A model generated the notes under the pieces. That model searched no databases and was not told the origin of the DNA. It saw only the letters and a list, made by a program, of their open reading frames with translations. This document shows positions 1-9,146 of a stretch of DNA of 64,000 nt, in pieces. Location: IMG/VR virus record IMGVR_UViG_3300026511_000002; one strand, given 5' to 3'. Source of the stretch: an uncultured virus (IMG/VR IMGVR_UViG_3300026511_000002). Lineage: Duplodnaviria > Heunggongvirae > Uroviricota > Caudoviricetes. A program made the position numbers and the translations under genes. How positions within the stretch are numbered: position 1 is the stretch's first letter; the number at the start of each line of letters is the position of its first letter.

Positions 1-1
1 A

Positions 2-571
2 AAAGAAGACGAAGACGAAAAAGAAGCGGAAACTGAAGAAACTGAAGAAGTTGAAGAGGCTGAAGAGGTTGATGAAGATTTTGAAAAAAAATTCAATTCG
101 GCAATGGATTCTGTGGATGATGTTCGTACAGAAATTGAAATGACATTAGAAGACACACCTCAGTTAAAATCATTCTATACAGTAGATGCCCAATTAGATA
201 AAGCACTAGGAAGTTATAGAAAAAAAATTAAGCGTATATTAAGTGCAGTTTCGGAATCAACTAATGAAGCAGAAGAAACTGAAGAGGTTGCAAAAGCGGT
301 TTCAGAAATGATGACAGAGGCATATGAATCTGCCGTCAAAGAAGCATGTGAATATGACAAAGATGACTATCCTGACCACACTGTAGAATCATACCTTAAA
401 GAAAACGCAACATTAGCTGCAACATTAGTTGCTCAATCAGCAGAAGATGCGAACGCTGAGATACATGGAGAAGGACTTACTAAAGAAATGTACGAAGCAT
501 GTCTAAACGGTATTAAAGAAGCTTATAATAAAAAGATTGATGAGCTTAAAGAAATGTACGAAGCAAAATAA
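2..571 (+). CDS. Acidic protein, 5'-truncated; possible head scaffold/internal protein
   Basis: Frame is open from base 2 (KEDEDEKEAETEETEEVEE...), upstream of the ATG at 104. Very E/D-rich, with STNEA, MMTEA and YLKEN motifs resembling T4 gp21 protease sites. Confidence 0.5.
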   Translation, partial: KEDEDEKEAETEETEEVEEAEEVDEDFEKKFNSAMDSVDDVRTEIEMTLEDTPQLKSFYTVDAQLDKALGSYRKKIKRILSAVSESTNEAEETEEVAKAVSEMMTEAYESAVKEACEYDKDDYPDHTVESYLKENATLAATLVAQSAEDANAEIHGEGLTKEMYEACLNGIKEAYNKKIDELKEMYEAK

Positions 572-587
572 TCCAAGTATCATCGGA

Positions 588-616
588 TTAAACTTTTTAA
601 AGGGTTCATGTATAAT
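588..616 (+). promoter_or_regulatory. Putative promoter TTAAAC-N17-TATAAT
   Basis: Same motif and 17-nt spacing recur at 45527, 45751 and 62221. Confidence 0.6.
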
Positions 617-636
617 ACATGGACCCTTTTTATTTA
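599..636 (+). terminator. Intrinsic terminator-like hairpin
   Basis: AAAGGGTTCATGTA-TAA-TACATGGACCCTTT (14-bp stem with one G:U pair) running into TTTTTATTT, just after the stop at 571. Confidence 0.65.
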
Positions 637-645
637 AGAGACAAT

Positions 646-1152
646 ATGCCTAGAATTCCAGTAGAATTAATATACATGCAAATGGCTTACCAAATAGCCA
701 AATTATCTTACGCTAAACGTAGACGCGTTGGATGTATTATTGTAAAAGATACTCAGATTATATCAACGGGTTACAATGGTACGCCATATGACTTTGATAA
801 TGACTGTGAAGAGGAACAAATCAGATATGTAGACAATCCTGATCATATGCAAATTCTAATAGAGAAGGGATATGAATGTGAAGGTGTTTGTTGTTCTAAA
901 GAGGTAACTAAACGAGAAGTATTGCATGCAGAATCAAATGCGTTGGCAAAAATCAGTAAATCTACACTTTCTTCTGAGGGTGCAGATATGTACGTGACCA
1001 CATGTCCATGCTTTGACTGCGCAAAATTAATTATTCAATCAGGTATTAAGCGAGTATTTTATTCAGAAGACTATAGAGATATGGGCGGAGTAGAATTATT
1101 AAAGAAAGCTGGTATCGAAGTAAATGAAGTTATATGTTGGAACGATCTATAG
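646..1152 (+). CDS. cd: dCMP deaminase
   Basis: VGCIIVKD..IISTGYNG, HAESNAL and TTCPCFDC zinc-deaminase motifs. Start at 646 is preferred because ATG 619 lies within the promoter/hairpin. Confidence 0.93.
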   Translation: MPRIPVELIYMQMAYQIAKLSYAKRRRVGCIIVKDTQIISTGYNGTPYDFDNDCEEEQIRYVDNPDHMQILIEKGYECEGVCCSKEVTKREVLHAESNALAKISKSTLSSEGADMYVTTCPCFDCAKLIIQSGIKRVFYSEDYRDMGGVELLKKAGIEVNEVICWNDL

Positions 1153-2864
1153 ATCAAATTATTCAAAAAACATTAGACGAAAATGTATTTGGAGAATCTT
1201 TTACATTTAGAAAAGGACAAAGAGAAATTGTTACTAAGATATGTGAAACATATTTAGAGGATCCAAAATCAACATTAGTCATTGATGCACCCACTGGTGC
1301 TGGTAAATCACTTATAGCTATGTGGTCAGCACATGTATTAAAAGAACTTGGTAATAGAGGCTATATGGTAACTAGTGACCTGAGTCTCCAGGATCAATAT
1401 GAGTCTGACTTTTATAAATATGGATTACGATGGCCATCAATTAAGGGAGTTGATAATTATGAATGTTCTGTTAATGGTCTGCCATTTTCCCTCGGAGATT
1501 GTAAACTAAAAGGAATGGGATATGAACAAGCAGAATCTTTATCATGTTATGGATCATGTGAATATCTTCAAAATAGACGAAGAGCGATAGATCAACCTAT
1601 CTCTTTATTAAATTATTCTTTTTGGTTAATTCAAAGAAATTATGTTGAGGCCAAAATGGAACAAGAAGAAAGAACAGTGCCATTTGAACAACGTGATTTT
1701 GTTTTCTTTGACGAAGCACATAGAGTTGACGATATAGTTCAAAGTCATTTTAGCCCTAGAATAGATCAAACTATTGTAGACAAAATGGTAACTTTAAATA
1801 GATTTGCAAGTAAGCAAGGATTTCAAGAAGCCACATATACAAAAAATAAAATACAACATCTTGTAAATGAAATGATGTCAGGTGACAAACATGATGTGTT
1901 TTCGGCTATGAGTGAATTTGAAAGAATATTGCACGGTTTTGGTAAAGTCAGAAAGATTGCTAATAAATTAGCTAAAAGAAGATACGGAAATACTGGAGTA
2001 CCAAAAGATTGGCAAACTTCATTTGGACATTTTGATAGACTTAAGGACGTTCATTGTAAAGTTGAAGATTATTTAAGTTTGATCAAAGAAGTTGGAATTG
2101 ATAAAATGGTTTTAGATCAAAACGAACATGAAGCAAAATTCATGTGTGTAGAAGAAAGTTTAATGATTAATAAATATCTACATGAGAAGGCTGACTTTAA
2201 AGTTTTTATGAGTGCAACTATTGGAGATCCTAAGGCATTTGTTAAGATAATGGGAATTAAGAACGCTAAGTTTATCAGAATGGACAATGTGTTTAATTAT
2301 GATAAATCTCCTATTGTATTTGTTAATAGACATAAGCTTTCGTTTAGAGAAAGAGAAAAAAGTTTACCTAAAGTTGTAGAAATCTTAGATCAGATTATAT
2401 CTAAACATAAAGGTCAGCGTGGTGTTATACATACTGGATCTTATGCATTTACTAATTTTATAAAACAAAATTCTAAACATACATTTAGACTTATGGATTA
2501 TGAAAACTCCAAAGAGAAATCGGTAATGTTAGATTTGTTTAAAAAGAAAGAAGGTGCTGTATTGATGGGACCTTCGTTATTAGAAGGTTTAGATTTAAAG
2601 GATGATATAAGTAGATTTCAAATATTCTTTAAAGTTCCATACCCATCATTAGGTGATCCTTTAATTAAAGCTAAAATGCAAACGTCAAATGAGTGGTACG
2701 ATTGGAAAACTGGAATTAGCATTATGCAAGGTGTTGGAAGATCTGTAAGAAATGAAAATGATTGGGCAGTGACTTATGTTTTAGATGCATGCTTCAGAAG
2801 TTTGATATATAAACCAGGATTCTTCCCTCCAAGTTTCACAGAGAGGGTTAAGACTATAAAATAA
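1134..2864 (+). CDS. dinG: DinG/Rad3-like SF2 helicase
   Basis: FRKGQ Q-motif, APTGAGKS Walker A, Cys cluster (YEC..GDC..SCYGSC), DEAH, MSATI, EGLDL, KVPYP, QGVGRSVR. Confidence 0.88.
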   Translation: MLERSIDQIIQKTLDENVFGESFTFRKGQREIVTKICETYLEDPKSTLVIDAPTGAGKSLIAMWSAHVLKELGNRGYMVTSDLSLQDQYESDFYKYGLRWPSIKGVDNYECSVNGLPFSLGDCKLKGMGYEQAESLSCYGSCEYLQNRRRAIDQPISLLNYSFWLIQRNYVEAKMEQEERTVPFEQRDFVFFDEAHRVDDIVQSHFSPRIDQTIVDKMVTLNRFASKQGFQEATYTKNKIQHLVNEMMSGDKHDVFSAMSEFERILHGFGKVRKIANKLAKRRYGNTGVPKDWQTSFGHFDRLKDVHCKVEDYLSLIKEVGIDKMVLDQNEHEAKFMCVEESLMINKYLHEKADFKVFMSATIGDPKAFVKIMGIKNAKFIRMDNVFNYDKSPIVFVNRHKLSFREREKSLPKVVEILDQIISKHKGQRGVIHTGSYAFTNFIKQNSKHTFRLMDYENSKEKSVMLDLFKKKEGAVLMGPSLLEGLDLKDDISRFQIFFKVPYPSLGDPLIKAKMQTSNEWYDWKTGISIMQGVGRSVRNENDWAVTYVLDACFRSLIYKPGFFPPSFTERVKTIK

Positions 2865-2875
2865 AATCTATTATT

Positions 2876-3796
2876 ATGAAAAAACTACTTGCAATTATCT
2901 CGTTAATTATGTTATCATCATGCGGAGCCAGTTGGCAATTGTCTACGCTTAACCATGATCCAATATATGAAGACGAAAATTATATAGTGGTTTCAGATGA
3001 TGTTAAGATAGACACATTAAGTGAATTTCAGTTTAGAAATAAATTAAGAACAGATATAGGTTTTAGATTGGACTTTGCACGATATGCTTTGAGTCAACCG
3101 AGATCGTTTGATTGGAATAATAGATTACTAGGAAGGCGATATGATTCTAGATGGAATAACTATTATTGGAGTTGGAATAGAGATCAGATGTGGAATGATT
3201 GGGCTTGGGGTTATACAGGCTGGAATTCTTGGGGCTCTCCTCATAGATGGTCACCATTTGGATATGATAGATGGGGCTATGGAGTCTACTATGGTTGGAA
3301 TAATCACGGTTGGGGATATAACAACTGGATGGGCAATGTTTATTATGGAAATGGTTACTATAATAACTGGGGCTGGAACAATGGGTTCTATAGTAGATAT
3401 AGAGGTACTAACGTGCCATACTATAGAAATAGATCAAATACGGTACGTGTTAATGGTCGAAGAGGTTCAATTAGTAATGAAGTAGTTAATAATAGAAGAG
3501 TTAGAACTAATACCAGAGTCAATACTAACACTAATACTAGGACTAATACAAAACCTAGAGTATATCTAAATCAAAACACACCAGTTAATAACAATACAAA
3601 ACCTAGGGTTATTAGAGAGAAGCCGAGAGTACCAGTTATTAGAAACAATAATACAAGACCTAGGAATAATACAAGGCCAGTAATTAGAAACAATAACACA
3701 AGACCTACATATAACAATAACACAAGACCCACGAATAATTCTAGACCAACTACGACAACTAGAAAAAGTGGATCTAATACTAGAAGAGGTAACTAA
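2876..3796 (+). CDS. Predicted lipoprotein with W/Y/G/N-rich core and R/N/T/P-rich disordered tail
   Basis: MKK + hydrophobic stretch + LSSC lipobox; low-complexity composition visible in the translation. Confidence 0.7.
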   Translation: MKKLLAIISLIMLSSCGASWQLSTLNHDPIYEDENYIVVSDDVKIDTLSEFQFRNKLRTDIGFRLDFARYALSQPRSFDWNNRLLGRRYDSRWNNYYWSWNRDQMWNDWAWGYTGWNSWGSPHRWSPFGYDRWGYGVYYGWNNHGWGYNNWMGNVYYGNGYYNNWGWNNGFYSRYRGTNVPYYRNRSNTVRVNGRRGSISNEVVNNRRVRTNTRVNTNTNTRTNTKPRVYLNQNTPVNNNTKPRVIREKPRVPVIRNNNTRPRNNTRPVIRNNNTRPTYNNNTRPTNNSRPTTTTRKSGSNTRRGN

Positions 3797-3806
3797 AATA
3801 AAATAA

Positions 3807-4037
3807 ATGGGATTTAACAAATTATGGCTTCCTGAAGTAGAAAGCCTACAAGAACAACTAGAAAAATTAGGTGAAATAGAATTTGGTAAACATTGGCTGA
3901 GACGATTTCAAAAGTCTGATGCCACTATTGGATCAAACGAATCACATATATTTATTAAACCTTTTACAGATTTCGCATATAATGAATACAAACAAATATT
4001 TGTAAAAAATGAAATGGATACAGATATTAATAAATAA
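3807..4037 (+). CDS. Hypothetical protein
   Basis: In-operon ORF with A-rich leader. Confidence 0.65.
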   Translation: MGFNKLWLPEVESLQEQLEKLGEIEFGKHWLRRFQKSDATIGSNESHIFIKPFTDFAYNEYKQIFVKNEMDTDINK

Positions 4038-4041
4038 AATC

Positions 4042-4641
4042 ATGAGTAAAAAAGAGACGAATCAATTTTATGTTTGGGTTAAATCAGAAAGATCAGGTGA
4101 AGTTGTAGAGATATCTGAAATTCAAACAGATAAACAGTGGTTAGAATTTACAGATGGTACTAGATGTAACATAAATGTTGTTACAGAATTTCTACTCCCG
4201 GCTTCTGATATAGATCAAGCACATCAAATAGCAAAAGATTTTGGTGGAATTGTATCTGAAAACACAGAATCTGCAAGACCAGTAAGACCAAAAAGAGATG
4301 CAGAACCTGAAGCTGCAAGACCAGTAAGACCAAAAAGAGATGCAGAACCAGCAGCTGAGGTTAATGTAATGCAAGAGATGCTCAAAAAAATGAGTGCAAA
4401 AAACAAAGCTTCTATGCCTGTTAAAATTAATATTCCTTCTAAAGAAATATATGCATTGCTTAAAGATCAGATGGACATCACTAAAAAAGACTTGAATGGC
4501 CAAATTGGAGCGCTCGTAGAAGATCAGATAGATAACCTAAGAGAGCAGTTAAAAGAACAAATCGAATCATTTATTAATAATTATTATAATGGAAGAACAA
4601 ACAACACAAGCACAAAAGACAGAGACGCAAGCGATTCCTAA
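4042..4641 (+). CDS. Hypothetical protein with internal duplication
   Basis: ATG 4042 follows the upstream stop; contains ARPVRPKRDAEP twice. Confidence 0.7.
   Translation: MSKKETNQFYVWVKSERSGEVVEISEIQTDKQWLEFTDGTRCNINVVTEFLLPASDIDQAHQIAKDFGGIVSENTESARPVRPKRDAEPEAARPVRPKRDAEPAAEVNVMQEMLKKMSAKNKASMPVKINIPSKEIYALLKDQMDITKKDLNGQIGALVEDQIDNLREQLKEQIESFINNYYNGRTNNTSTKDRDASDS
4271..4349 (+). repeat. Tandem direct repeat, 37 bp identical, 42-bp period
   Basis: CTGCAAGACCAGTAAGACCAAAAAGAGATGCAGAACC at 4271 and 4313. Confidence 0.9.
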
Positions 4642-5002
4642 TCGTAGAGAGCGTAGATACAGATTAAAACAACAAGGTGTATTAAAATATCTTAGTAAAA
4701 AGAATTTCTTAGATCCTATTCGTGCAAACTTCAGAGCTGAAAATATGAAAACTGGAGAAAAGATTCAATCTATAAGAAGGGAAGCTATAGATAAACAACT
4801 AGAAGCTGACTTCATGATTAAATTAGAAAGCATGAAAGAAACATGGTATGAAATTGGATATAACTCTAAAGAAATTGAATTATTAGAAGAGGCTGCAGCT
4901 ATTCACTTTGCAAAAGATAAATCTACTTGGAAAGATGATAAAAAAGAAGCAAAAGAATTAAGAAAAAAAGCTAAAGATTCTTTAGCATCTAGAAAACAAT
5001 AA
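4589..5002 (+). CDS. Hypothetical protein
   Basis: PNRRERR motif, charged helical composition. Confidence 0.7.
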   Translation: MEEQTTQAQKTETQAIPNRRERRYRLKQQGVLKYLSKKNFLDPIRANFRAENMKTGEKIQSIRREAIDKQLEADFMIKLESMKETWYEIGYNSKEIELLEEAAAIHFAKDKSTWKDDKKEAKELRKKAKDSLASRKQ

Positions 5003-5005
5003 TAT

Positions 5006-5329
5006 ATGTTAAGTATTGGTATTGAGCCCGCAGATAATGGTGTAATAAAAACACTAGTAGATGATAACATCAATGGAGGTGGAGAAGACTTTGAGGCTCG
5101 TCAAGTTTATGAATTTGAAGGGCCAATGAAAAGATCAAATCAAGTTAAGTTTTTAAAAGATTTAATATTTGATTTAGGAATGGACGTAGGAACTGAATTA
5201 GACAATGATCTTCTTCAGATATATGTCGGATGGGGTGCACAACACATAAGTACGTCTGACAACGAAATTAAAAATAAAATCCAAATCTTAGAGAAAGAAA
5301 TCAAAAGACTTGGATCCATGTTAAAATAA
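5006..5329 (+). CDS. Hypothetical protein
   Basis: In-operon ORF. Confidence 0.7.
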   Translation: MLSIGIEPADNGVIKTLVDDNINGGGEDFEARQVYEFEGPMKRSNQVKFLKDLIFDLGMDVGTELDNDLLQIYVGWGAQHISTSDNEIKNKIQILEKEIKRLGSMLK

Positions 5330-5742
5330 TGAATGTAAAAATAGAAGGAGTTTGGTGTAAAACAAGGACAGAGTTTGATAAGTTGTCTAAAAAAGGTGAC
5401 TATGATTTGTCAGTGTCTTATTATGATATATTTAATCGTTTGATTAAAAGTGATCCTAATAATGCCGAGCCTTCTAATATTATTATTTCTATATACATTA
5501 GAAAAAGTATTCAAAAGGTTTTATGGGATTTAGATGAAAAAGAAGAACGCGATGATGTTAAAATTCTTTACATGTTTAAATCCTTAAGTGCAGATACCGT
5601 TAATGGTTTCAGAGACTTTATTAACTCTATGGTTGAAGAAGATTGTGAATTAGATTTACTTGTGGTTAATAGATGCGACTTTCCAAAAACAGGCGTCTTA
5701 AGTAAATTTGACAATGTTCGATTCATAGATAACAATGATTAA
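5329..5742 (+). CDS. Hypothetical protein
   Basis: TAATG overlap with the upstream gene. Confidence 0.7.
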   Translation: MNVKIEGVWCKTRTEFDKLSKKGDYDLSVSYYDIFNRLIKSDPNNAEPSNIIISIYIRKSIQKVLWDLDEKEERDDVKILYMFKSLSADTVNGFRDFINSMVEEDCELDLLVVNRCDFPKTGVLSKFDNVRFIDNND

Positions 5743-6334
5743 ACACAAACTCTTTTCTAAGGGTGATCAGATTCATGCCCTTATTTCTACTACACAGCAA
5801 CCTAACTTATTAATTCCTGTTAGGGCTACAATTTATGATGTTAAGTTTGATGACGTAAATCCTCAATATCAACTTAGAATTAAAAAGTTCTATGATCCAG
5901 TATATTTCTTAAAAAAGAATCTTTTTGGTGGACGATTTATTAAAAACTTTGAGGGAAAGGACACTAAAATAAATTTAAAAAGAGGTTTATATTCTACAGT
6001 TGCAGATATTGAGAACAATATATTCAATGGTGCCAAATGGAAACAATATATGATTGTAGTAGACTCTGTGTTCTGTACGAGAACTCGGGTTGAACAAGAA
6101 AATCTTTTTAATAGAATACAAACCTTCCATGTTGAGATGAAACTGAAAGAGTTATATGAGCTAGTAAATAGATCTTCATATAGAAACGGTGAATTTTATT
6201 GGCACACAAAGGGTGAATACGTAAAATCTTTACAAAAATTTTTAGGAGATAAATATCCTAAAGATGACAAATGGTCTGATAATCTACTATATAGACCTGA
6301 TACCGATGAGATGGACAACGTTGAATGGGTATAA
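5735..6334 (+). CDS. Hypothetical protein
   Basis: Overlapping in-operon ORF. Confidence 0.7.
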   Translation: MIKHKLFSKGDQIHALISTTQQPNLLIPVRATIYDVKFDDVNPQYQLRIKKFYDPVYFLKKNLFGGRFIKNFEGKDTKINLKRGLYSTVADIENNIFNGAKWKQYMIVVDSVFCTRTRVEQENLFNRIQTFHVEMKLKELYELVNRSSYRNGEFYWHTKGEYVKSLQKFLGDKYPKDDKWSDNLLYRPDTDEMDNVEWV

Positions 6335-6388
6335 ATATATTATCCTACTATAATACGTAGATATATATAAAAAAAGAAATTCATATTT

Positions 6389-8233
6389 ATGTCTGGAATT
6401 GGTAATGATGCAAATTTTATTTTTAAGAAGGTTTTAAACGTTGTTGATAAAACCACAGGTTTAGAAGTATCTGAATATTTTTATGATGATACTGTAAATG
6501 GAAGAGAAGTTATAACTAGAACACCAAAATCCGGTGCTCTTGATTCTCCTAAACCATCGGCAGCAGACCAGAAAGGAACTGGAAAAACAACTTTAAGTCA
6601 AGAAAGTGTTTTTGGAGAAGCACAAAGCGGAAGTTCGTTGTATCCTGAAAAAGGTGTAGATTCCAGAGCATATCCTATAAAATCCGTAGTGAGCGGTGAA
6701 AAAGGAGACACATATGAAGACAAAGGTGAAACAGTTACTTTTGGAAAAGCTCCTCGAAGTTTATTTAATAATTGGACATTACATAGATATCAAAACAGGG
6801 TAGGTACAGTTTCAGAAGACTCTGGTACAGAATACAATGGTAAAACATATAATAAACCAGTAACTGCTGCATTAGCACAAAACTTACAAAAAAATCCAAC
6901 AGCAAGAAATATTGTAGAGTATTCACAGTCTGTTGGAGGTGCATGCTTCTCTTATAGTTATAGTGATTTTATTCAAATGGAACACTATGGTCAAATATCT
7001 AATGATTATTTAGTTACACTTAGAAGATTTGCATATCCTGTAGGTGATGACTTATTAAGTCCTAAAACTGCAGGAACCAAAGGTAAAAAGGTAGATTCTT
7101 CTGCACCTGATTTGGCAAGAGCAGTGACGTGGTTATCTCCAGGTTTAGGTAATGATTTAAAAGAAATATTAAAATTCACAACAGGATATCAATGGAAAGA
7201 AGCTAAATCAGAAATACAAGATGCACAATCAAGACAATCTGATAGAGGTGCAGCTGGAGCCGCAATTGATAATAGTAAATATGGAGCTGCGATTGAATCA
7301 GGATTAAATGGTTTTACATCGGTTCAAGCTAAAAAACTTAGAAATGCAGGTAACGTAGATCACACTAAAGAAACTTACCCAAATAAAGTATTTGGACCTC
7401 TTAATATTATAGATAAAGTTCTAGCTAGAGAAAAAGGACTTAAATTTGAACAAGAATTTAAATTATCATTTCATTATGACTTAAAGGCATATCCAGGTAC
7501 TAGTCCAAAGGTTGCATTTATGGATACACTAGCCAACGTATTGGCACTTACATATAGTAACGCACCATTTTGGGGAGGAGCTACTAGATTTTCTGGATCT
7601 GGTGCAACTGGAAAGCCATTCGGTGATACGGCTTTATTAGAGAAAGGTGATTATGCTGGTTATTTAGGTTCTATTGCTGACACTCTTGCAGGTATGGGTG
7701 GTAATTTTATGGATCAACTTAAGAAAACTGCAAGTAATATTAAAAACGGTGAAGGTATTAATAAAATTCTAGGTGATTCTTCTATTCTTGAAAATATCGT
7801 AGGTGGAGGTTTAATGAAAATGATGGGAGGACCTAGTGGTGGTGATGTAATTAAAGCTTTTTTAACAGGTGATCCTACTGGAAACTGGCATGTGACTATA
7901 GGTAATCCAATGAATCCTATAATGGTATGCGGAAACTTATGTTTAGAAGATACTAATTTTTCATTTGAAGGACCACTCGGTTTTGAAGGATTTCCTACTA
8001 AACTGAAAGTTGAAACTACTTTAAAACCTGGAAGACCAAGAGATAAAACAGATATTGAATCTATGTTTAATGCTGGTCGAGGTAGAATGTATTTACAACC
8101 AGAATGGGGTGAAGGTGAAGGAATAGACATAGATGCAATGTTAAATGTGGATGCATATGGAGATAAATCTGGAAAAGGAAATCTTGCTAATAAACCATAT
8201 ATGAGTAGATTATCTGATATGTCTGCTGGTTAA
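6389..8233 (+). CDS. Probable baseplate/tail-tube-associated structural protein (gp48/gp54-like)
   Basis: First gene of the baseplate cluster, behind a GATATATA motif. C-terminal F.LSF.Y...TNFSFEGPLGFEGFPTKLKVETTL resembles tube-fold proteins (inference). Confidence 0.4.
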   Translation: MSGIGNDANFIFKKVLNVVDKTTGLEVSEYFYDDTVNGREVITRTPKSGALDSPKPSAADQKGTGKTTLSQESVFGEAQSGSSLYPEKGVDSRAYPIKSVVSGEKGDTYEDKGETVTFGKAPRSLFNNWTLHRYQNRVGTVSEDSGTEYNGKTYNKPVTAALAQNLQKNPTARNIVEYSQSVGGACFSYSYSDFIQMEHYGQISNDYLVTLRRFAYPVGDDLLSPKTAGTKGKKVDSSAPDLARAVTWLSPGLGNDLKEILKFTTGYQWKEAKSEIQDAQSRQSDRGAAGAAIDNSKYGAAIESGLNGFTSVQAKKLRNAGNVDHTKETYPNKVFGPLNIIDKVLAREKGLKFEQEFKLSFHYDLKAYPGTSPKVAFMDTLANVLALTYSNAPFWGGATRFSGSGATGKPFGDTALLEKGDYAGYLGSIADTLAGMGGNFMDQLKKTASNIKNGEGINKILGDSSILENIVGGGLMKMMGGPSGGDVIKAFLTGDPTGNWHVTIGNPMNPIMVCGNLCLEDTNFSFEGPLGFEGFPTKLKVETTLKPGRPRDKTDIESMFNAGRGRMYLQPEWGEGEGIDIDAMLNVDAYGDKSGKGNLANKPYMSRLSDMSAG

Positions 8234-8247
8234 AATAAACTAATAGG

Positions 8248-9138
8248 ATGGAATTTAAAATATTTGTAAATAAAAAAATAGGAGACGGTAAATTATTTTT
8301 AGCTCAACCTACTATGCTGTTCGGAAGTTTAAATCCCGAAGATTATGTAATGGTTGCTAAACATATCGTTAAAGATGATGATTTAGTAAGACCTGATAGA
8401 ATTGCTACTGAACACTATGGTACTACTTCAGGATTAGACATTATATTAAAATTCAATGGTATTTCTGATCCTTTTTCTATTAACGTAGGTGAAGAACTTT
8501 GGATTCCTATGGACACTATTCCTTATTTTAGATTAGAATCTCCACAAATGTATGAGGATAATCCTATTAAGAATCAGTTTATAAAAACTAAACGATTAAG
8601 TAAAACTGATCAAAGAAGATTAAAGGCACTTAAAAAGAAATATAACAAAGAAAACTTATTGCCACCTAATGTTATTCCAGTTGGTAGAAAAAATTACGAG
8701 TTTGATGGTTCTAACATTAGATTTGGTATGGGACCACAAACGGATGCCGTAGTTGATTCTATATTATCTGATATTAGAAATCAAGATAAATTTGATAATT
8801 CTTCAGATGAAGAAGCAACTGTAGCTGAGCTTATAATAGATGCAAATGACAATTCACAATTAACAAACAGTAGTGGAAACGGAAGCGGAAGTGGAAACGG
8901 AGGCGGAAGTGGAAAATTATATGAAGATCTTTTATCTGAAAATAGTGGAGTAGTTCAAACTGAACGTGGTAGTGGAACGGGTAGTGGAACAGCTAATGGA
9001 ACAGGTAGTGGAAACGGAGGCGGAAGTGGAAGAACAGACACTGCTGATAATGTAGGTGGAGATGAACCCGATGGAACTGCACCTGGAAATGCTGACAATA
9101 ATCCAACAAATAACCCAGACGCACCTTGCTCTAAATAA
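8248..9138 (+). CDS. Baseplate wedge protein, gp53/LysM-like, with G/S/N-rich tail
   Basis: RPDRIATEHYG...ILKFNGISDPFSINVGEELWIP matches the gp53/LysM-like pattern. Confidence 0.7.
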   Translation: MEFKIFVNKKIGDGKLFLAQPTMLFGSLNPEDYVMVAKHIVKDDDLVRPDRIATEHYGTTSGLDIILKFNGISDPFSINVGEELWIPMDTIPYFRLESPQMYEDNPIKNQFIKTKRLSKTDQRRLKALKKKYNKENLLPPNVIPVGRKNYEFDGSNIRFGMGPQTDAVVDSILSDIRNQDKFDNSSDEEATVAELIIDANDNSQLTNSSGNGSGSGNGGGSGKLYEDLLSENSGVVQTERGSGTGSGTANGTGSGNGGGSGRTDTADNVGGDEPDGTAPGNADNNPTNNPDAPCSK

Positions 9139-9146
9139 CATACTAT

